Origin: Nanobdellota archaeon
GTDB taxonomy: Archaea; Nanobdellota; Nanobdellia; Woesearchaeales; GW2011-AR9
DNA: 38,757 bases
Direction: 5' to 3'
NCBI GenBank assembly: GCA_038044525.1
Contig: JBBSZV010000003.1
Span: 1-38,757, forward strand
The notes under the pieces were generated by a model. That model made no database searches and was not told where the DNA came from. It was given only the letters and a program-made list of their open reading frames with translations. Positions within the stretch are counted from its first letter, which is position 1. Each line of letters opens with the position of its first letter. Below are positions 36,950 to 38,757 of this stretch, piece by piece. The translations under genes and the position numbers were made by a program.

Positions 36950-37966
36950 ATGGTCCAGAAAATATCTGTTGAAAAGGCATTTTCATTGCTAAATGCTATC
37001 TTCATAGACGTGCGGACGCCAAAAGAATATGAAGAAGACCATATCATCGGAGCAGTCAGCGTGCCTCTGCTTGATGACCGGGAAAGGCACGAAATAGGCA
37101 TCATTTTCAAACAGCAATCGCGGGAGAAAGCCATTGAACGGGGGATGGAATTGTTCCCGGCAAAAATTCCCAGCATCCATAACGCCGTCAAAGATCATCG
37201 CGATAAAACTATCGTAGTATATTGCGCCAGGGGAGGCATGAGATCAAAAATCGTAGCTTCCCTGCTGGAATCTATCGGCTATGATGTCCTGCAGCTTGAG
37301 GGAGGTTATAAGCACTTTCGGCGCCATATTCTTGAAGAGCTTAATGATTTCAAATTAAAGCCGCAGATCATCTGCTTATACGGCCTGACCTGCACGGGCA
37401 AGACCGACTTATTAAAAAAACTGCCTAATGCCCTGGATCTGGAGGACCTGGCCCAGCACCGCGGAAGTTTATACGGCGGCGTCGGCTTAAAGCCGAACTC
37501 GCAGAAAAGATTCGAGAATTTATTGCTGCAAAGACTGAAAGAATTGAACGAAGAAAAATTTATCATCACGGAGGGAGAAAGCAGAAAAATAGGCGATGTC
37601 GGAATACCGGCATTCCTGTATGCGGCGATGAAGAAAGGCACTAACATATTAGTGAAAAGAAGCCTGGGACGCAGGGCTGAAGAGGTGGTCCGGGAATATT
37701 TCTCCACGCCGGAAAAAGTCCAAGAAATAAAAGAGATCACGCCCAAGCTGAAAGAAGTCATCAGCGGAAAAAAGAAAGAAGAAGTCCTGGAATTGATCGA
37801 AAACAAACATTATCTGGAAGCGGCCAGGATTTTGTTAGAGCAGTATTACGACCTGCGGTATGCGCATCACCTGAACAAGCAGTCATTTTCCTACGAGATC
37901 AACAATGATGTCTTGGAAGAAGGAATAAAAAAAATAAAAGAAATAATCAAAGAAAAGCTTGATTAA
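36950..37966 (+). CDS. selU: tRNA 2-selenouridine synthase (fused rhodanese + P-loop)
   Basis: IDVRTP.EY..DHI.GA, YCARGGMRS, GLTCTGKT, DLE.LA.HRGS, EGESRKIG, LL..YYD..Y. Confidence 0.93.
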   Translation: MVQKISVEKAFSLLNAIFIDVRTPKEYEEDHIIGAVSVPLLDDRERHEIGIIFKQQSREKAIERGMELFPAKIPSIHNAVKDHRDKTIVVYCARGGMRSKIVASLLESIGYDVLQLEGGYKHFRRHILEELNDFKLKPQIICLYGLTCTGKTDLLKKLPNALDLEDLAQHRGSLYGGVGLKPNSQKRFENLLLQRLKELNEEKFIITEGESRKIGDVGIPAFLYAAMKKGTNILVKRSLGRRAEEVVREYFSTPEKVQEIKEITPKLKEVISGKKKEEVLELIENKHYLEAARILLEQYYDLRYAHHLNKQSFSYEINNDVLEEGIKKIKEIIKEKLD

Positions 37967-38640
37967 TTATTACTTACATTAACCACATTCTCTGTTTGGC
38001 AGGTGGATAAACAGCCGTCTCCTGAAACAGCGTTTCCATCGTCACAAGTTTCCGGATATTTGACAACTCCGTCGCCACAGACCGGTGTGGATTCCAGCTT
38101 GCAGAAAGCATCACAACCATCTAAATTCTTAGTGTTGCCGTCGTCGCAGGCTTCGCCGGATTCAATGACCCCGTTGCCGCAGGCTGATGGAGCCTTGCAG
38201 GCGCCGTCAACGCATCCCAGTTTACATTCAACAAGCTTATACGTGAATTTATTATCGACACAGAAATATTCCTTCAAGGTCAAGGGATTTTCCAGCAAAC
38301 AGACATCTTCGTAAGTCTTGGTCCCCTTCTTGCCGTTGGAATCAAAGAGCAGTTCCAATTTTCCATTAACTTCCGGCTTAGCCCCGCCATCAGAATCAGT
38401 ACAGCTCAGCCAGGTGAAATAATACTTAACCGCTGTTTTTAAGCTTTTTAACTGGGGGGTTTGGTACGCCTGCCCAGCTACTGCTCCGCTATCTTCTGCC
38501 ATGACCGCATTTAATTCTTCAGCAGAAAGACCATCTAATTCTGCCAGCGCTTCTTCTTCGGTAAGCTTGGGAGCGCAGGAAATTAGAAATAACGCCATAA
38601 CCAAACTCATAAAAATAAATATTTTTCTCATCATCAACAC
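37963..38640 (-). CDS. Lipoprotein with Myxococcus-type Cys-rich repeats (DUF4215-like)
   Basis: LISC lipobox; CTDSDGG motif; two CG.G.....E.CDDGN....DGC...C repeats. Confidence 0.85.
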   Translation of the reverse strand: MLMMRKIFIFMSLVMALFLISCAPKLTEEEALAELDGLSAEELNAVMAEDSGAVAGQAYQTPQLKSLKTAVKYYFTWLSCTDSDGGAKPEVNGKLELLFDSNGKKGTKTYEDVCLLENPLTLKEYFCVDNKFTYKLVECKLGCVDGACKAPSACGNGVIESGEACDDGNTKNLDGCDAFCKLESTPVCGDGVVKYPETCDDGNAVSGDGCLSTCQTENVVNVSNN

Positions 38641-38757
38641 CTCGTTTTATAATTTTAATTAGATATAGAAGAACGGGGGACTATTTAAAGGTTATTATTT
38701 TCAGTACGTGGAAAGCTCCGTCGATAAGTGATTAGTTCTCGTCAGTAAATAGTCTAT

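Noticed and set aside
36950-37966. Selenoprotein or SECIS element near selU
   Set aside because: No in-frame TGA read-through candidate or SECIS-like hairpin could be identified by eye

Overview
Chromosomal segment of an archaeon, most consistent with DPANN (Woesearchaeota-like); the taxonomy is inferred from gene content and style. It carries the RNA polymerase/ribosomal operon (rpoH-rpoB''-rpoB'-rpoA'-rpoA''-rpl30e-nusA-rps12-[inserted ORF]-rps7), kae1, an intein-containing gyrB, smc, cca, selU, tandem speD-like genes and many small membrane or secreted proteins. Six tRNA genes (Ile-UAU, Gly-GCC, Tyr-GUA, Asp-GUC, Lys-UUU, Arg-GCG) are all split by BHB introns at both 37/38 and 59/60, and Arg has a third, D-loop intron. 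The most notable candidates for new biology are: a tandem pair of 2TM + MJ1316/DUF504 (predicted RNA cyclic-phosphate-end-binding) membrane proteins beside speD paralogues and a truncated NFACT/Rqc2; a probable orphan DGR target gene; a catalytically degenerate endonuclease V; and a family of nested non-coding hairpin elements (a MITE with a 9-bp TSD, 60-bp twin-hairpin modules and IS200/IS605-like palindromes) concentrated next to tRNA genes. All calls come from reading the sequence by eye; no database searches or folding programs were run.
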